From Felis catus (lineage: Eukaryota): a stretch of DNA of 64,000 nucleotides. Shown here piece by piece: positions 44,427 through 59,074 of the stretch. The notes under the pieces are model-generated. The model was not told the origin of the DNA and ran no database searches. It saw nothing but the letters and a program-made list of their open reading frames with translations. The stretch covers positions 213,158,001 to 213,222,000 of the forward strand of contig NC_058368.1 in the NCBI RefSeq assembly GCF_018350175.1. The letters are read 5' to 3'. The number at the start of each line of letters is the position of its first letter. The first letter of the stretch is position 1. The translations under genes were made by a program, and so were the position numbers.

Positions 44427-46288
44427 GCAAGTACTGAAGATTCTCTGTGTTCCTCCTAACTCTGTCAAAGTGATGTTTCTTCTCCATTCCAGAACTAACC
44501 CATCTGCTTTATGCTCTTGTATCCATCTCCTCCTTTCTTCTCTGGGACCTTCTTTAATCACATACCTGTTCTTTTCTCTTGAATTTTTAAGCAGTCCTCA
44601 ATCTTCTAATAGTTTCTTCCTTATAGTCGTACAGGTTTCCCTGTGTCTTCTGTAGTCTTAAAAAAATATATATATTGTCTTATTACTATAATCTTCTCAA
44701 GCTGCAACCTAATTCTTACTTTCTCTACTTCTATGCTTTTTTTCTAGTCCTTAGTCTGTTTTAGTGTTTCCACTCTATTCTTCTAAAACCACTTTCAGAA
44801 GTCACTAAAGACCTAATTGCCAAATCTAGTGGCTAGTTTTCAGTCTCAACTTGTTGACCTCTGTAATATTTGCTCAGTTGACTGCTATATCTTAGAGCAT
44901 TAAAGTCTCTCCTATGTCCACCCACCTCTTTCTCAGGTGTCTCTATCGGTTCTCCTGCCTTTAAGTTCATTAAATGGCGGTGCTCCTAAGATTGTGATTC
45001 TGGCTCTCCTCTCTAGTCACCCAGTGTTCTCAAGTTGTCTCATTCACTCCATTGTACAGGAACTTTGAAATCTTTCGGGCAAACTCAAAACTGCCACCTT
45101 TTAGAGCTATTTGTAGGAATTACCTGGTCATTATCTGTGTGGCTCTCTATGGCCAACCAGTGTCTCATTCTGTCACAAGAATACCATGAAATAATCTGTT
45201 CAGTGTGCTGCTTTTTTCACATGGAAAACTTCACTGACGTTATTTCCGCTTGTTTATTGCCTCCTTCAGTTGTGTACATAGTTCTTTTATTTCTGTCACC
45301 ACAGTATCTCTACAAAAAATGTCAGTTTTTCTTCATAGCTACTGCCTTGTTTTTAGGCCTTCAAAGTCTATTCCTCAGAGCTTTGTCTCTGATTGCGTCC
45401 AGTCTCCAATGCTTGTCAAAGTTATTTTGTTAAAATATGTGTCAAGTTGTGTTAGTTTCCTGCTTAAAAATTTTCACTGACCTTCTGGCATATCAGAAAA
45501 AGTTATATTCCTTATTTATGTCATCCCACAGTCTTCACAGTCTGACCCCTGCCTCATAGGTCATCACCTCTGTCTGTCTAGTAATTGATGCTGATGTCTT
45601 CCTTGAGTTTACCATAGTCTTTTAAACTTTGTGTTGTTGTTGTATGTGGTGTTCTATTTAAACATCATTCTCTACTTTCTACCTGGCCAAGTTCATGCTT
45701 GTTACTCTTCTTTCAAAGCCCAGCTCAAGGGACACACCCTTGGTGAAGCCTTTCCTAACTGAATCATGTTAGAGGGGAGTGGCTCTTTTTTTTTTTTTTT
45801 TTTAAAGCATTCCCATAATGTATTTCTACTTACTATAGCAGTTACCACATTGTATTGTAATTATTTGTGTCTTCTGTTAAATTGTTGGCACCTCAAAGGC
45901 AGCTACACAGTCTTACTCTTATATCACCAGAACTTAGGGCATTGCCCAGTTGGGAGGGAACTGGGGTTACAAATGTAAATTAAGTTTAGACCCTACCTTT
46001 TTAGGTACTTGCTGTTCACTTTTAGGTACTTGATGTTAGTAGAGTCCTGGTGGGGATGGAGAGGATCCTTGGGTGGTGGAGAAGGGCAAAATCCAGACGT
46101 GTATTTATTTCATTAATAGGATAAAAAGGCCAAATGGTTTATATGTTCTTCAAAATTCTGATGGATGTCACCAGGAGTTTGACTATCGGTAGAAAAAATA
46201 AGAACTTTATCTGAAATTTTTCCTGTATCATTATACATTTACACAAAAAGAAAGTTAAAATTACTGTAATTCTTTTATGTTCTTCCAG

Positions 46289-46482
46289 GTGGGAATAAGT
46301 TGCAATCAACAGGAAATAAAACAGAAGACTTAAAAGGAACTGAATGTGTTAAAAGCACTCCTGTCACCTCTGTACAGATTCCAGAAGTAAAGCCAGACAC
46401 CGTGTCAGAACCAGTCACACCTGCATCTCTTGCTGCTTTGCAGAGCGATGTGCAGCCAGTAGGGCATGACTATGTGGAAGAG
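46289..46482 (+). CDS. ZFR: ZFR exon 9
   Basis: ttccag| acceptor, GAG|gtattg donor; 194 nt; GNKLQSTG...[11 protein letters not shown]. Confidence 0.95.
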
Positions 46483-47828
46483 GTATTGATTTGAGAATAC
46501 CGTTCCTGTGAGATTAGATATAGGAGAGAAGTGTGTGACTTTGTTGCAGGCATGCTTTAAGTCTAAAATTAGATTTAGGTTACTTATGAAGGAATATAAT
46601 ATGGTAGGTATTATTGTTAAAGGTTTTTAAAAAACATGCCTTTGAAGCTTCCCTAAGTGATACCATGATTTTTTTAACTTCTCTCTTTCCCTTCCAACAC
46701 CATCACTGTGATAGAAGGTAACGTTCCATTTGTTTGGTAGGCATTCTTGTATCCTTCCAAGTGTCCTGCAAATAAGAGTAAAAAAAAAAAAATTGTGAGC
46801 AGTGAAAATATTGACAGAGAGAGCCAGTATTTATTTCTGAACAGTCACGTAGTTTCACGTGTAAAATTAAAGGTGCTGATTTAACAGATCATGTTTATTT
46901 GGTTTCTCAAGCTGGTAAGAAAGCTTCTGGTTTTATAGCTAAACTCAGGAAATTGAGGAAAGAGGGAAAGTCAGAGGGTCTAATAAATATTTGCTGTTAG
47001 CAAAAGGCCCAACATAGAGTGGTATAGCACTACTCTTTACTTTCACTGTGTTGTAGAACATATGTAAGTTCTCTGAGCTTCAGTGTCCACATCAGTAAAA
47101 CTTGGATATTTCCAAAGTTGTGAAGATTAAATAAAGTACCTAGAATAGCGCCTAGCATGTAGTAGGTTTTTGGTAAATATTTGTTCATTTTTTTCTCCCA
47201 TCAAAAAAAATTATGTGTTCTGTTGTCTTCTTTGTTCACCAGATAGAAAACTAGAATGTGTAGTTTATAAGTAGATCACAATTTTAAAAGTACAGATCTT
47301 AAGAGAGTAAGATTTGGTTATCTAAAGAAATATACATGGCCAGGACACCTTAGAGAAATATTATCCAATGACACTTTTTTCCTTTTTTAAATTTACTCAT
47401 TATTTTCATGAGAGAGAGAAAGTGCAAGTGGGGGAGGAAGAGAGGGAGTCATAATCAGACTCCATGCCCAGTGCAGAGCCCAAGGCAGGGCTTGATCTCA
47501 CAACTGTGAGCATGACCTGAGCCGAAATCGGAGTTGGACGCTTAACTGACTGAGCCACCCAGGCACCCCTAGCCAATTGCATTTAAATCTAAATGTTTGC
47601 ACATGGATAAAAGTGCTGAAATTAAAATTAATATCAAAAGCAAATACATGCTAACACATCTTGCATCTTACAGTTAAGAATTTTAACAATTCATTTCTAT
47701 AGGTTATCCTTTCAAAAAATTATAGACATTGTCTCTTATTTTTTCCCCTACTTCAAACTCTTAATTGTTTACAACATTTTCTTATCACAGAATCTGTGAA
47801 GGTTCGTGAATGAAATCTTCAACTGTAG

Positions 47829-48077
<249 letters not shown>

Positions 48078-49067
48078 TAAACATAATGCACACAGTTTGT
48101 GAACTTCGATTTTAACAGCATATCATGTCTCAGTTAGATTCAGATGTTTGTTTTTACTGATTAGTTTGTTATACTTAAGTAAGAACAGTATAACCATATT
48201 TCATCACTTTTAGTGACTTGTAACGTTGCTTGGATCCAGTAATATGTAAATACAGATAATTGCTTCACATAAAGTGTTTTGAAAGAAGTATCAGGTCTTC
48301 ATTTACCTTCTCTGTCTTGGTAGAATTCTCATTAAGATGAATTTTGAGATGAGAAATTCTGCATTGAAAACTTGTTAAGTGTTAAGTTAAATACAAATCA
48401 TCTATTTAAAGTTTTGCTTAATATTTTTATTTATTTTTGAGAGAGAGCATGAGTAGGTGAGGGGCAGACAGAGAGGGGATCAGAGGATCCAAAACGGGCT
48501 CCAAGCTGACAGTAGCACGCATGACGCAGGCTCGAACTCATCAACCGAACTGTGAGATCATGACCTGAGTCAAAGTCAGATGTTCAACTGATTGAGCCAC
48601 TGAGGCGCCCCCTAAAGTTTTTAATTAGGCTAGACTGATGCACTAGATTCATGTTTTCCCTTCTAAACACAGAGGTGGTGAAAATTAAAATAGTTGTTTT
48701 TTTAACCCCAACACTCAAACGTTTAGAATCATCTACTCACAAACAAGTAAAGGAAAATTAAATAGCCATTAGTTCCCTAAAGATTTCTTCAATTGGTTAG
48801 CACTAAGTTATGTACTTTTTATGTAAGAAGTATGTTGTCATAAGTTTGGACAAGTAAGAATTTGGGGGTGTGGGAGGGGAAAACGAATGTTTATTAATGT
48901 ATTCTGAATCTTTTCTCTAATACAACTTATTTACTGATCTTACTCTTATAATAGGAAATTTGAAACTGAAAGCCTCTATGATGAAAGAATATGTAGGATT
49001 GTATGATTCAATAATATGTGTAGATTGTTAGAGGGGCTGCTAATTTTTTAAATGTTTTTTTTAACAG

Positions 49068-49213
49068 AAAAAAGTAAATCCAGATTTACAAGTAGAAGTA
49101 AAGCCCAGTATTCGAGCCAGGAAGATTCAAGAAGAGAAAATGAGGAAGCAAATGCAGAAAGAGGAGTATTGGCGAAGACGAGAAGAAGAAGAACGTTGGA
49201 GAATGGAAATGAG
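49068..49213 (+). CDS. ZFR: ZFR exon 11
   Basis: taacag| acceptor, GAG|gtaata donor; 146 nt; [24 protein letters not shown]...RWRMEM. Confidence 0.95.
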
Positions 49214-52200
49214 GTAATATCTTTAACTTCTAGTAACATGATAGTGAGTGGTTCAGCCTTTCTAAAAAACAGCTATTCTGAGTATGTGACTCCCATTCAA
49301 AGCAATCCAGATTTGTTTAATGCACTTTTAATTTTCACTTTTCAGGAAGATCCTAGGTCTAGGAAAGAAATGCATTAAAATTAACTTATTGACTATTCTA
49401 GTATTTGACCGTGGCCTTGGTATTAGGAATTATGTGGTAAGTGGTACCTTATATATATTAAATATGTGAAGAAATAGTTTAATATTATATATATATAGAT
49501 TTATAGATTTCTTTTTTAAAATAAACTCTACACCCAGCATGGGGTTTAAACTCACAACCCCACAATCAAGAGTCACATGCTTTACTGATTGAGCCAACCA
49601 GGTGCCCCAAAGTAGTTTAATATTATAAGTAATATTATAAGTTTAATTATTATATTTAATATTATAAGTTTAATATTATATTTAATATTATCATATTATA
49701 AGTAAATGGCCTCTGTTTAAAACAAAACAGAACATTTGGTTACATAATAAAAATATCCTGAGTGTAAGATTTGGTAGATTCTAGACATAAATAAAGTGTG
49801 GGTTTGTTTGTTTCAAAGAAATTTCTATTAAAAAGCTTTAGAGGCTACAGGGAAGGAGAAAGGAGAAAATTCATCTTCTGGAGATATATAAATGTTTGGT
49901 TTTATTAGTATAACTGACATATCTTTAAATAATGCAGTTCAGGGGCGCCTGGCTGGCTCAGTTAGTTAGTAGAGCATGTGACTCTTGATTTTGGGGTCAT
50001 GAGGTCAAGCCGCACATTGGGTGTAGAGTTTACTCGAAAAAATTAAATAGTACAATTCAGTGTTTTTTAAGTAATGTTCACAGAGTTGTGTAACCATCAC
50101 CACAATCAATTTTAGAACATTTTTATCACCCCCAAAAGAAACCACAAAACCCATTAGCAGTCACTGCCTATTTTCCCCGGAATTCCAGCCTTTACCCCCA
50201 GGCAACCACAATATACTTTGTCTATAGACTTACTCTGGAGATTTCATATAAATGGAATCATACAATATGTGGACTGTTTTGTCTGCCTACTTTTGGTTAG
50301 CACAATGTTTTCAAGGTTCATACATGTTATAGCATGTGTCAGTACTTTGTTCCTTTCATGGCTGAATAATATTCCATTATATGGAGGTGTAACATTTATC
50401 AGTTGATAGACATTTGTGTTGTTTCTGCTTTGGGGCTATCATGAATACTGTTGCTAGGAGTTTTTGTGTACAAGTTTTAAAATACAGTTTCAGAAAACAG
50501 GAACAGAACCACAGTGTATCACTTTTATAACCTACTTGTTTCATTTATATGTCAACTTTTTAAAAAATGAAGCTATATCTTTATTTTCGGGGCAGCATAG
50601 TATTCTCATATAGATGTGTAATTTTCTTTATAACTTTTCTCATGTTGTTAGATATTTACATTGTTTCCATTGTGTCTTTAATCATTACATTGACAATCTT
50701 TGAGGTTGTATTATTGCATAAAACATGATTGGTTGCTAATAATAAAATCCCAGAAACAGAAATACTTGTTTGAAGGAGACCTGTAGTTTTTGCCTATACT
50801 GAGTAGTATAATTTCAGTGGTTTAAGCTATGCCTTTTATTCCTGTGACTTAACTCATTTCATAACTGGAAGCCTGTATCTCCCACCTCCCTATACCCATT
50901 TTGCCTATTTCCCCATTCCCTTCCCCTCTGGCAAAAATCAGTTCTCTATATTTATACGTCTGAATTAGCTTTTTGTCTGTTTTTTCATTTGTCTTTTTTA
51001 GATTCCACATGAGTGAAATCGTAGGGTATTTTGTCTTTTTCAGTCTGACTTTTTTCACTTAGTATAAACCTTCTAGATCCATCCATGTTGCAACAGCACT
51101 ATCTTATCCTTTTTTATGGCTGCATAATATTTTGCATGTGTGTGCCAAACCTCCCTTACCTATTTGTGTATCAGTGGACACGTAGGTTGCTTCCATATCT
51201 TGGCTGTTAAAAATAATGCTGCAATAAGCATAGGGATGCATTATCTTTTCAAATTAGTGTTTTTATTTTCTTTGGGTAGATACCAAGTAGTGGAATTATT
51301 GGATCATAAGGTATTTCTGTTTTAACTTTTTGAGGAACCTGCATACCTTTTCCACAGTGGCTATACCAATTTACATTCCCACCAACAGTATACAAGGGTT
51401 TCCTTTTCTCTACATCCTTTCTCTACATCCTTGCCAACACTTGTTATTTCACAAATTGAATTAAAAAAAATTTTTTTTAATATTTGTTCATTTTTGAGAG
51501 AGTGAGAGACTGAGCACAAGCGGGGCTGGGGTAGGGGCAGAGAGAGAGGGAAACAGAATCCAAAACAGGCTCCTGTCAGCACAGAGCCCGACAGTGGGGC
51601 CTGAATTCATGAACCTTGAGATCATGACCTGAGCTGAAGTCTGACTCTTAACCAACTGAGCCACCCAGGCACCCCACAAATTGAATTTTATTTCCTGCTC
51701 GAGGACTTGTATTTTTTCTGTGGTAATTGCCTATTCACTTTTTATTTTTTTATTTACCTGTTGTTGATTTCTATAGATTACTATATTGTAATAGCCTATT
51801 ATTAGCATGTGACCTTTAGTTTTTGCTGTTATGTGTTTTTATTTTTTATTTTAAAAAAGTGTTGTTGTTTTTTTTTAATGTTTATTTTTTGAGAGAGAGA
51901 GCATGAGCATGCGCGAGCAGGGAAGGGGCAGAGAGAGAGGGAGACTTTGAATCCGAAGGAGGCTCCAGGCTCTGAGCTGTCAGCATAGAGCCCTACCAGG
52001 GGCTCGAACTCCATGAACTGTGAGATCATGACCTGAGCTTAAGTCAGAGGCTTAACCAACTGAGCCACCCAGGCTTTTAAATGTATTTAAATATATCATT
52101 CTCATTTTTTAATGAATAATCTGCCTTTGTAATGTATTAGAAATTCTTTGTACTTAGATTACGCAGCTTTTCCTCCTTTGCATATAAATATTTATTAAGC

Positions 52201-53899
52201 ACCTACGATATGCTAGGAAATTGCACATAGTGTGTTAGGCACTGAGTATGGATTGGTAAACAGTGGATAAAAAATCCCTGCCCTTATATAACTTAAATGT
52301 TTCTCTTCAGTAATAACAAAAAAACTATTCAAAATTGGTATGTATGTGGTTTTCCAGAGCCTTCAGCTTGTTGTGATTCATTTTTCTTCCAAGACCTAAA
52401 TAATAGAGAAGTATGTTTCTATACTTCTAAGTCAGATGACCTAAAAAAAGCACAGCTTATTCCCCACCTGAGGAAATTGGTAATTTTTGCAGAGCTACTT
52501 GAAAAGCATACTTCTTTCTTAATGTTTTATATTAAATAAATTTATCTACCAAAACCTTATTGTATCAGGATTTTCTTTTTTTTTTTTTTAATGTTTATTT
52601 TTGTGAGAGAGAACTGGGGAGAGGTAGAGAGTAAGAAGAATAGAGGCTGTGCGCTGACAAGCATAGAGTCCGATGTGGGGCTCCAACTCACAAAACTGTG
52701 AGATCATGACCTGAGCCAGAGTTGGTTGCTTAACCAACTGAGCCACCCAGTTGCCTCTCAAAATTTACTTTAGAGACATGATTTCCCTTGGGAGTTATTG
52801 ATATCATAGTATGAAGCTAAAAGTGAAGATAGAACTCGGAGAAAGTGAGATAATAAAAAAGAAGTTAGATTCTGAAGAGGACCATTAAAGCAGAGGTTAT
52901 ACACTAGCTGCCTGCAGTCCCAAGTTCAGCCCATGGGTGTTTTATTTGGTATACATGGTATTTTTAATCTGAACCAACATTAAAGATACTGAAAGCTGTT
53001 AATAAAATCTTGATGGTTTGGGGATTGCAATCTTTATTCCCTTATAGCAATAATTAATAGAGGCTGGGTGGCAGCTGTTCTGTCTAGCCAGAACATGTGC
53101 TTTCTACTTTACCGGAGTCCTCTCCACTGTTAATATATCCCCCAAAATGAGACAGAATGTGAGTTGCCATTTATCACTGTCTTGCACTGTTGTTTTTCCT
53201 CATAGTGTACAGATGTCTTTGTCTCTGCCTGTGTCATAAATGGGGAGATTAAAAATAGTCTTGAGAGATTCTCTCCAGGGGCACCTGGGTGGCTCAGTAG
53301 GTAAGCATCCGACTTCGGCTGAGGTCATCATCTCACAGTTCTTGAGTTCAAGCCTCACATTGGTCTCCATGCTGACAGCTCAGAGCCTGGAGCCTGCTTC
53401 AGATTCTGTGTTTCCCTCTCTCTCCGTCCCTCTCCCATTCGTGCTCTGTCTCTCTTAAAAATAAATAAATAAACAAACATTAATAAAAGAGATTCTAAGG
53501 AGAAAATAAGAGAGAGAAAATTCTTGAATGTGTGCTTCAAGTCTTTCACACATGTTACTGGTCTGGCCATTTGAGGTAGCCATTTAAGTTTACCATCTTC
53601 CCCTTAAAGAGGGAGAGATTGGAAGGAACTCTGAGGTTTCTGGTGTTTGCTTCCTCAACCTTGACATCAGGCTATGAAATTTTGTGTTGCTTTTCTCTTT
53701 GTTTTCTCACCTCTTCACTCATATTTGCCTCCTTACTTATAGATGGAAGCAAATGAAGGACATTAGATACAGTAGTGGAAAAAAGGCATTAGGTAGGCTG
53801 ATTTGGGAAGGTTTTTTTTAATTGTGCTTTTTGTCATTATTGATGTAAGTTATTGGGGTGTATTTCTCTGAGGCTTGTAGCATTATTCTGTATTTTCAG

Positions 53900-54062
53900 A
53901 CGTTACGAAGAGGACATGTACTGGAGAAGAATGGAGGAAGAACAACACCATTGGGATGATCGCCGCCGAATGCCTGATGGAGGCTATCCTCACGGTCCCC
54001 CAGGCCCATTAGGCCTTCTGGGAGTCCGACCAGGCATGCCTCCTCAGCCACAGGGGCCTGCA
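53900..54062 (+). CDS. ZFR: ZFR exon 12
   Basis: tttcag| acceptor, GCA|gtgagt donor; 163 nt; [10 protein letters not shown]...PQPQGPA. Confidence 0.96.
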
Positions 54063-55340
54063 GTGAGTATCCACTTTGTCTACATAGGGGGTGAACGTGT
54101 AAGATTGGTTCAGTATTACAGGATAACACTTTGGGGGGCTAATGCTTAGATTTAATAGTCTCATAATCTCAATGTAAGTTTTTCATCTGATACAGAATTT
54201 TCCCTCCTTTTTTTTTTTTTTTTTTTTTTGTTAACAGGTTCCCAACTCATGCTTTATATATAAGGAGTTGATAGAGTTTCCATGAGTCTTTCTTACTTTC
54301 AGTATAAGCTATACAGGAGAAGAGCTTGTTTTTTTTCTTTTTCTTTTTTAAGGTTTATTTTGACAGCGAATGAGCACACCCAGGCAAGCTAGGGACAGAG
54401 AGAGAGAGAGGGAGGGAATCCCAAGCAGGCTCCATAATGTCAGCATAGAGCCCAACACAGGGTTTGATCGTACAAACCATGAGATCATGACCTGAGCCAA
54501 AATCAAGAGTCAGACATTAAACAACTGAGCCACCTAGGCGCCCTGAACTTGTTTTATCAACTATTCTTTAACATTAGAGATTTTCTATCCTTTGTTTTTC
54601 TTGAGATCAGCAAGAGCAACCAATTTTGAAGGCAGCTGCTTTGCCTTCAAAATTATTACCTTCCCATTACCAGTTAAGAATCTTTTTTTTCCTTCTTTGA
54701 ATCCTGACCATCTAAAACCTACTACTACTTCTGAATTGAGTACAGGATAAGGGGTAGGTACATGGTTCCACATGAGCATCACACTTGATGTATTAGGGAA
54801 ACTATAGGAAAGATATGCATCTTGAGAGTTTGTGTTCCATGGAAGCTGTAAAAGAAGAGACACCTGGGTTATGAAGAACATTTCATAGAAGTTTAGATTA
54901 CAAAAAACAAGAGGATTTTGTTTTGTTCTGTTGTCCAGAGAGCACAGCAAATTCCTCCTCTTTATTTAACCGATTCTCTTTCTCATTTGTCTTTACACAG
55001 AACAAGCATTTGTAAGACCTGTTTTATCAAAGCCAGAAAAAAAAAAAGTGTCACAACCACTGGTCTTTAAAATTGAGTAAAAAATATTTTCATAACCTTA
55101 GATCTGGTGTTTAGGCAAAGCATATATACATACAGAGATACATACTCTTGATAGTATAACTTTCCATTGTTTGCATTTTTGTTTTTACTGAAATGGAAAA
55201 AGAGAAGATAATTTTAAATAGACACTTGGCATCATTGTCTTTTCTTATTAAAAAGATACGAAAAACATGTAGAGTTGAAAAATAGTTTATTTTTGCCCAG
55301 GAAACATCGTTTTTAAATGAAGTAACTTTTTTTTCTCTAG

Positions 55341-55613
<273 letters not shown>

Positions 55614-56265
55614 TAAAAAGTTACAAAGACTGAAAAACTCTCTGGTGTGAGTGTACATGTCTTACCTTGCTTGGTCAGATATTTAATGTATTCAGCTGCT
55701 GTTTGCTAAAATGAGAAATGCACAGTTCCTTAGAATCTCCAACCTTGTGATTTTACTCATTTTATTGAAATTTGTATAAAACTATTTTGAGTGTTTTCAA
55801 AGCAGCCTTGGTAATTGGATTCAGCTGCTCTTCAGTTTTTATGTGTTGCATCTGTCCCATTTTCAGTCTTTGTTTTAGCAACTTTTTTTCCTTAATGCAT
55901 TGACCATAAAGCATAAAGAAGCTTAAGCTTTAGGAGTATCTTTCATATCAGTTTTGCATATAACCTCTCAATAACCTCTCATTTTCCTTTTACCATTTGG
56001 AAATATTTTTATATTAAACATGACTCTAATTTATAAAGTGAGACAGAAATGTTAATGTTCTTTGAAATTGTCCCTGTGAGAACTTAGCTCTTCATTTATT
56101 TATCCATATTTCTTGTCTAAATGAAGTATACTTCTTAATAATATTGAATTCATCTTTATACTGTAGTTGATGAAACTTTTAATAGTGTAAAAAATATTTG
56201 ATTTACTATTGTGTAGATATTATGATGGCTCTGGTTGAGAAGAGAAATGTCATAATATAATTTGA

Positions 56266-56499
<234 letters not shown>

Positions 56500-58225
56500 T
56501 AGCCTAAACCTAAGCCAGCCTTTAAATTATTGGCTTGACTTTCCATATTGAGTTTTTTGCTTGGTTGTGCAAACTGGCAGAACTATTTTCTACTTTGTCT
56601 TTTTAGGTTTTATAGTGCTTGTATTTGACATGAAGCCATCCTGCTAATTTATTTAAAAATGTTAAATTTTAGCACATGTCTTCTTCCTGTTCTTTTTCCA
56701 AGATTTGAAGCATAGGAGAGAAGGCAGTTGTTATAGGACAGAAAATGGTTTTTCTTTCTTTTTTAAATAAAGACCCTGTATTGCAAGCTTAAGTTTTGAA
56801 AATTCATGAATCTTTTGCCTATTTAACTGAATGCATGTTTTTAATAAAATATAATAAGAAATAGTCTTTCCAGTTTGAATTTCCTCCGTTTTATTGTGTT
56901 TGATATATTTTTTTGTTGTTTGTTTTGGTTTTCTGTGTTAATGATGGTAGGAATTACTTCTCCTATCTGTGTCCACTAAGTTATGGCAATGCACAATTAG
57001 TAGCATACCCCCTTCTGGTCTTACAAAAGCAAACTTTTTTTGTTTCAAGTTTTATACATTAGTTTGTCAGAATCTCAGATTAAGATTTAAAATAAATATC
57101 CTTGAATAATTCAATGTATAAAATTTATTTCAAAACCTTGCAATTTAATTAGGCATTCTAAATCAAGGATTGACATTTCATTGATAATATGTATTCTACA
57201 GCAGTGAGTCAGAATAAATACTGCCTGACCACAGCAAAGCAACTAATACTTTTAAGTATTAGGAACCAGCAGAGTTAGCATTGTGCATCTACTTCTTCCC
57301 CCACTGTTGAGGCTGCAAGGGCAGTGGGGTGCACAACGGGGGGAGAGAAAAAGGTTTGAGGACCTTGAGAGAATTATGTAACTTGCAAGAAACATCTTGA
57401 TATTAATTGTGATGCTTAGTAAAACTACAACACAGGAAATACATCCTAGGGAAATAATCAGGCACTTAGGCTAAAAGCAGAATACTCTTTCCAAATCAGT
57501 CTGTACTTTATACAGGTGGATAAACAAAAGAAACAGAATTAATTCATCATTATCATTGTCAGAGTTGACATTTATATAATACTTAGTATGTACTAGGCAC
57601 TGTTTTAAGTGCTTTATGTAGTTAATTCATTTTGTCCTCCAACGGTTCTATAGGTTAGGTAAAATTACAGTCCCCATTTTACAGAAACAGAGGAGTTAAA
57701 TAATTTGCCCATGTTCACATCACTAGTAAAGTAACAGCTAGAATTTGAATTTAGATACTGTGTTATAAATATAAACAGTATAATTTCTGTAGTCTTCATT
57801 CATTAATGTAAACTGGGGCTTATTAAATATCTTCCAAATTGCAGTGATTCCTGGTTTTGTGGATGTTAATAAAGACTTTTTGCTCTCTGATGAAATATAG
57901 ATCTGTTGATTTCACAATTTACAATGGGAAAGGTTGAATTATGCTTCTGTTAGGTTCAAATATCTATTTAAGTTTCAGTCAAATTCTGCAAATGTACAAG
58001 TACTTAGCTACCCAGGTGCTATTTGGAAGGTACAATAATAAATACAGCAGTGTTTCTGTTACCCAAGAATTCATAATCTAAGAGGGACATATCCACATAA
58101 CTCATGATACAGATAATGGTAATTCTAAAAGGAAAGTATAGTAAGAAACTAATGATATTTGCATTATTGCAAGGCTTCTTGGAGGAAGTAGTATATTATC
58201 AACTTTTAAAATGCTTGAGGTAGGG

Positions 58226-58330
58226 AGGGGCAGCTGGCTGGCTCAGTCAGTGGAGCATGCAACTCTTGAACTTGGGGTTATAAGTTCAAGGCCCATGTTG
58301 GGTGTAACGATTACTTAAAAATAAAATTTT
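58226..58330 (+). mobile_element. Short Can-SINE
   Basis: SINE head and A tail, flanked by the duplicated aaaatgcttgaggta. Confidence 0.8.
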
Positions 58331-58439
58331 TTAAAGTAAAATGCTTGAGGTACCGAGAAAATGAAAGATCCATAATGAAATTGCTTTGTCTGATAACGTA
58401 AGAGGTCCAACTAATTTGTTTGTACTTTTCATTACATAG

Positions 58440-58581
58440 GTTATAAGTCCTGAGAAGTATGACATAAAATGTGCTGTGTCTGAAGCGGCAATAATTTTGA
58501 ATTCATGTGTGGAACCCAAAATGCAAGTCACTATCACCCTGACATCTCCAATTATTCGAGAGGAGAACATGAGGGAAGGAG
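58440..58581 (+). CDS. ZFR: ZFR exon 15 (DZF)
   Basis: acatag| acceptor, weak GAG|gttgga donor; 142 nt; [20 protein letters not shown]...ENMREG. Confidence 0.94.
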
Positions 58582-58833
58582 GTTGGAAAGCCATTAAGCA
58601 TTCTACTTTTCTATTAACTTTTTTTTTTCATTTATCTACTCTTTTAAGATGGCATTAAGCCCTAGAAGGCAACATGCTGGCATTAAATATGAATTTGATA
58701 GATTTGACTTATAGCAACCAGTTTTGCTTAAGATCACTTCCCAGAAAGTAAATGTTTTTAGTAATGTACTTTTACATAAAACATTCATGGTATTGTTGAT
58801 TTTCTAATTTTTTTCTTTTCTTGCTAACCTCAG

Positions 58834-59074
58834 ATTTCTGGAAAAAAAAAAGTTCAAAATTATTCTTGCTGACATAGTGGACACATGAAAAAAATTAAAG
58901 AAATGTTGGTAGTAAGGGGCCACAAATTTAACTTCTATTAAGAAGTTCTTGTTCTTGCCTTGTCTTACAAAAAAGACAAGAGAGTTTCATAAATAAAATT
59001 GGTTTAATACTTGTAATGCTTATACTTTAAGACGCATTGTTATAAGTGTAATCATGGATTTGGCTTGTCCTCAG
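58834..59074 (+). other. ZFR: Candidate cryptic/poison exon A in intron 15
   Basis: Long pyrimidine tract then ctcag| acceptor; CAG|gtaaat donor; TAG at 58875-58877 in frame with exon 15; no transcript evidence available. Confidence 0.35.

Noticed and set aside
44083..44487. 134-aa minus-strand ORF (similar ones lie opposite exons 3, 6, 14 and 15)
   Set aside because: Antisense shadows of ZFR coding exons with no independent support
45998..46032. Small tandem duplications (tttttaggtacttg twice; similar cases near 41471 and 51407)
   Set aside because: Ordinary local duplications in intronic or repeat-derived DNA
49052..49378. 108-aa plus-strand ORF over exon 11
   Set aside because: Alternative frame of the real exon running into the intron; splice phase selects the KKVNPDLQ frame
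49610..49705. Repeated ttaatattataagt-like units
   Set aside because: AT-rich low-complexity slippage beside a SINE target site; no repeat-spacer structure, so not CRISPR-like
49214..53899. miR-579, which I recall as hosted in human ZFR intron 11
   Set aside because: I saw no matching hairpin by eye, and it is thought to be primate-restricted, so it is not called
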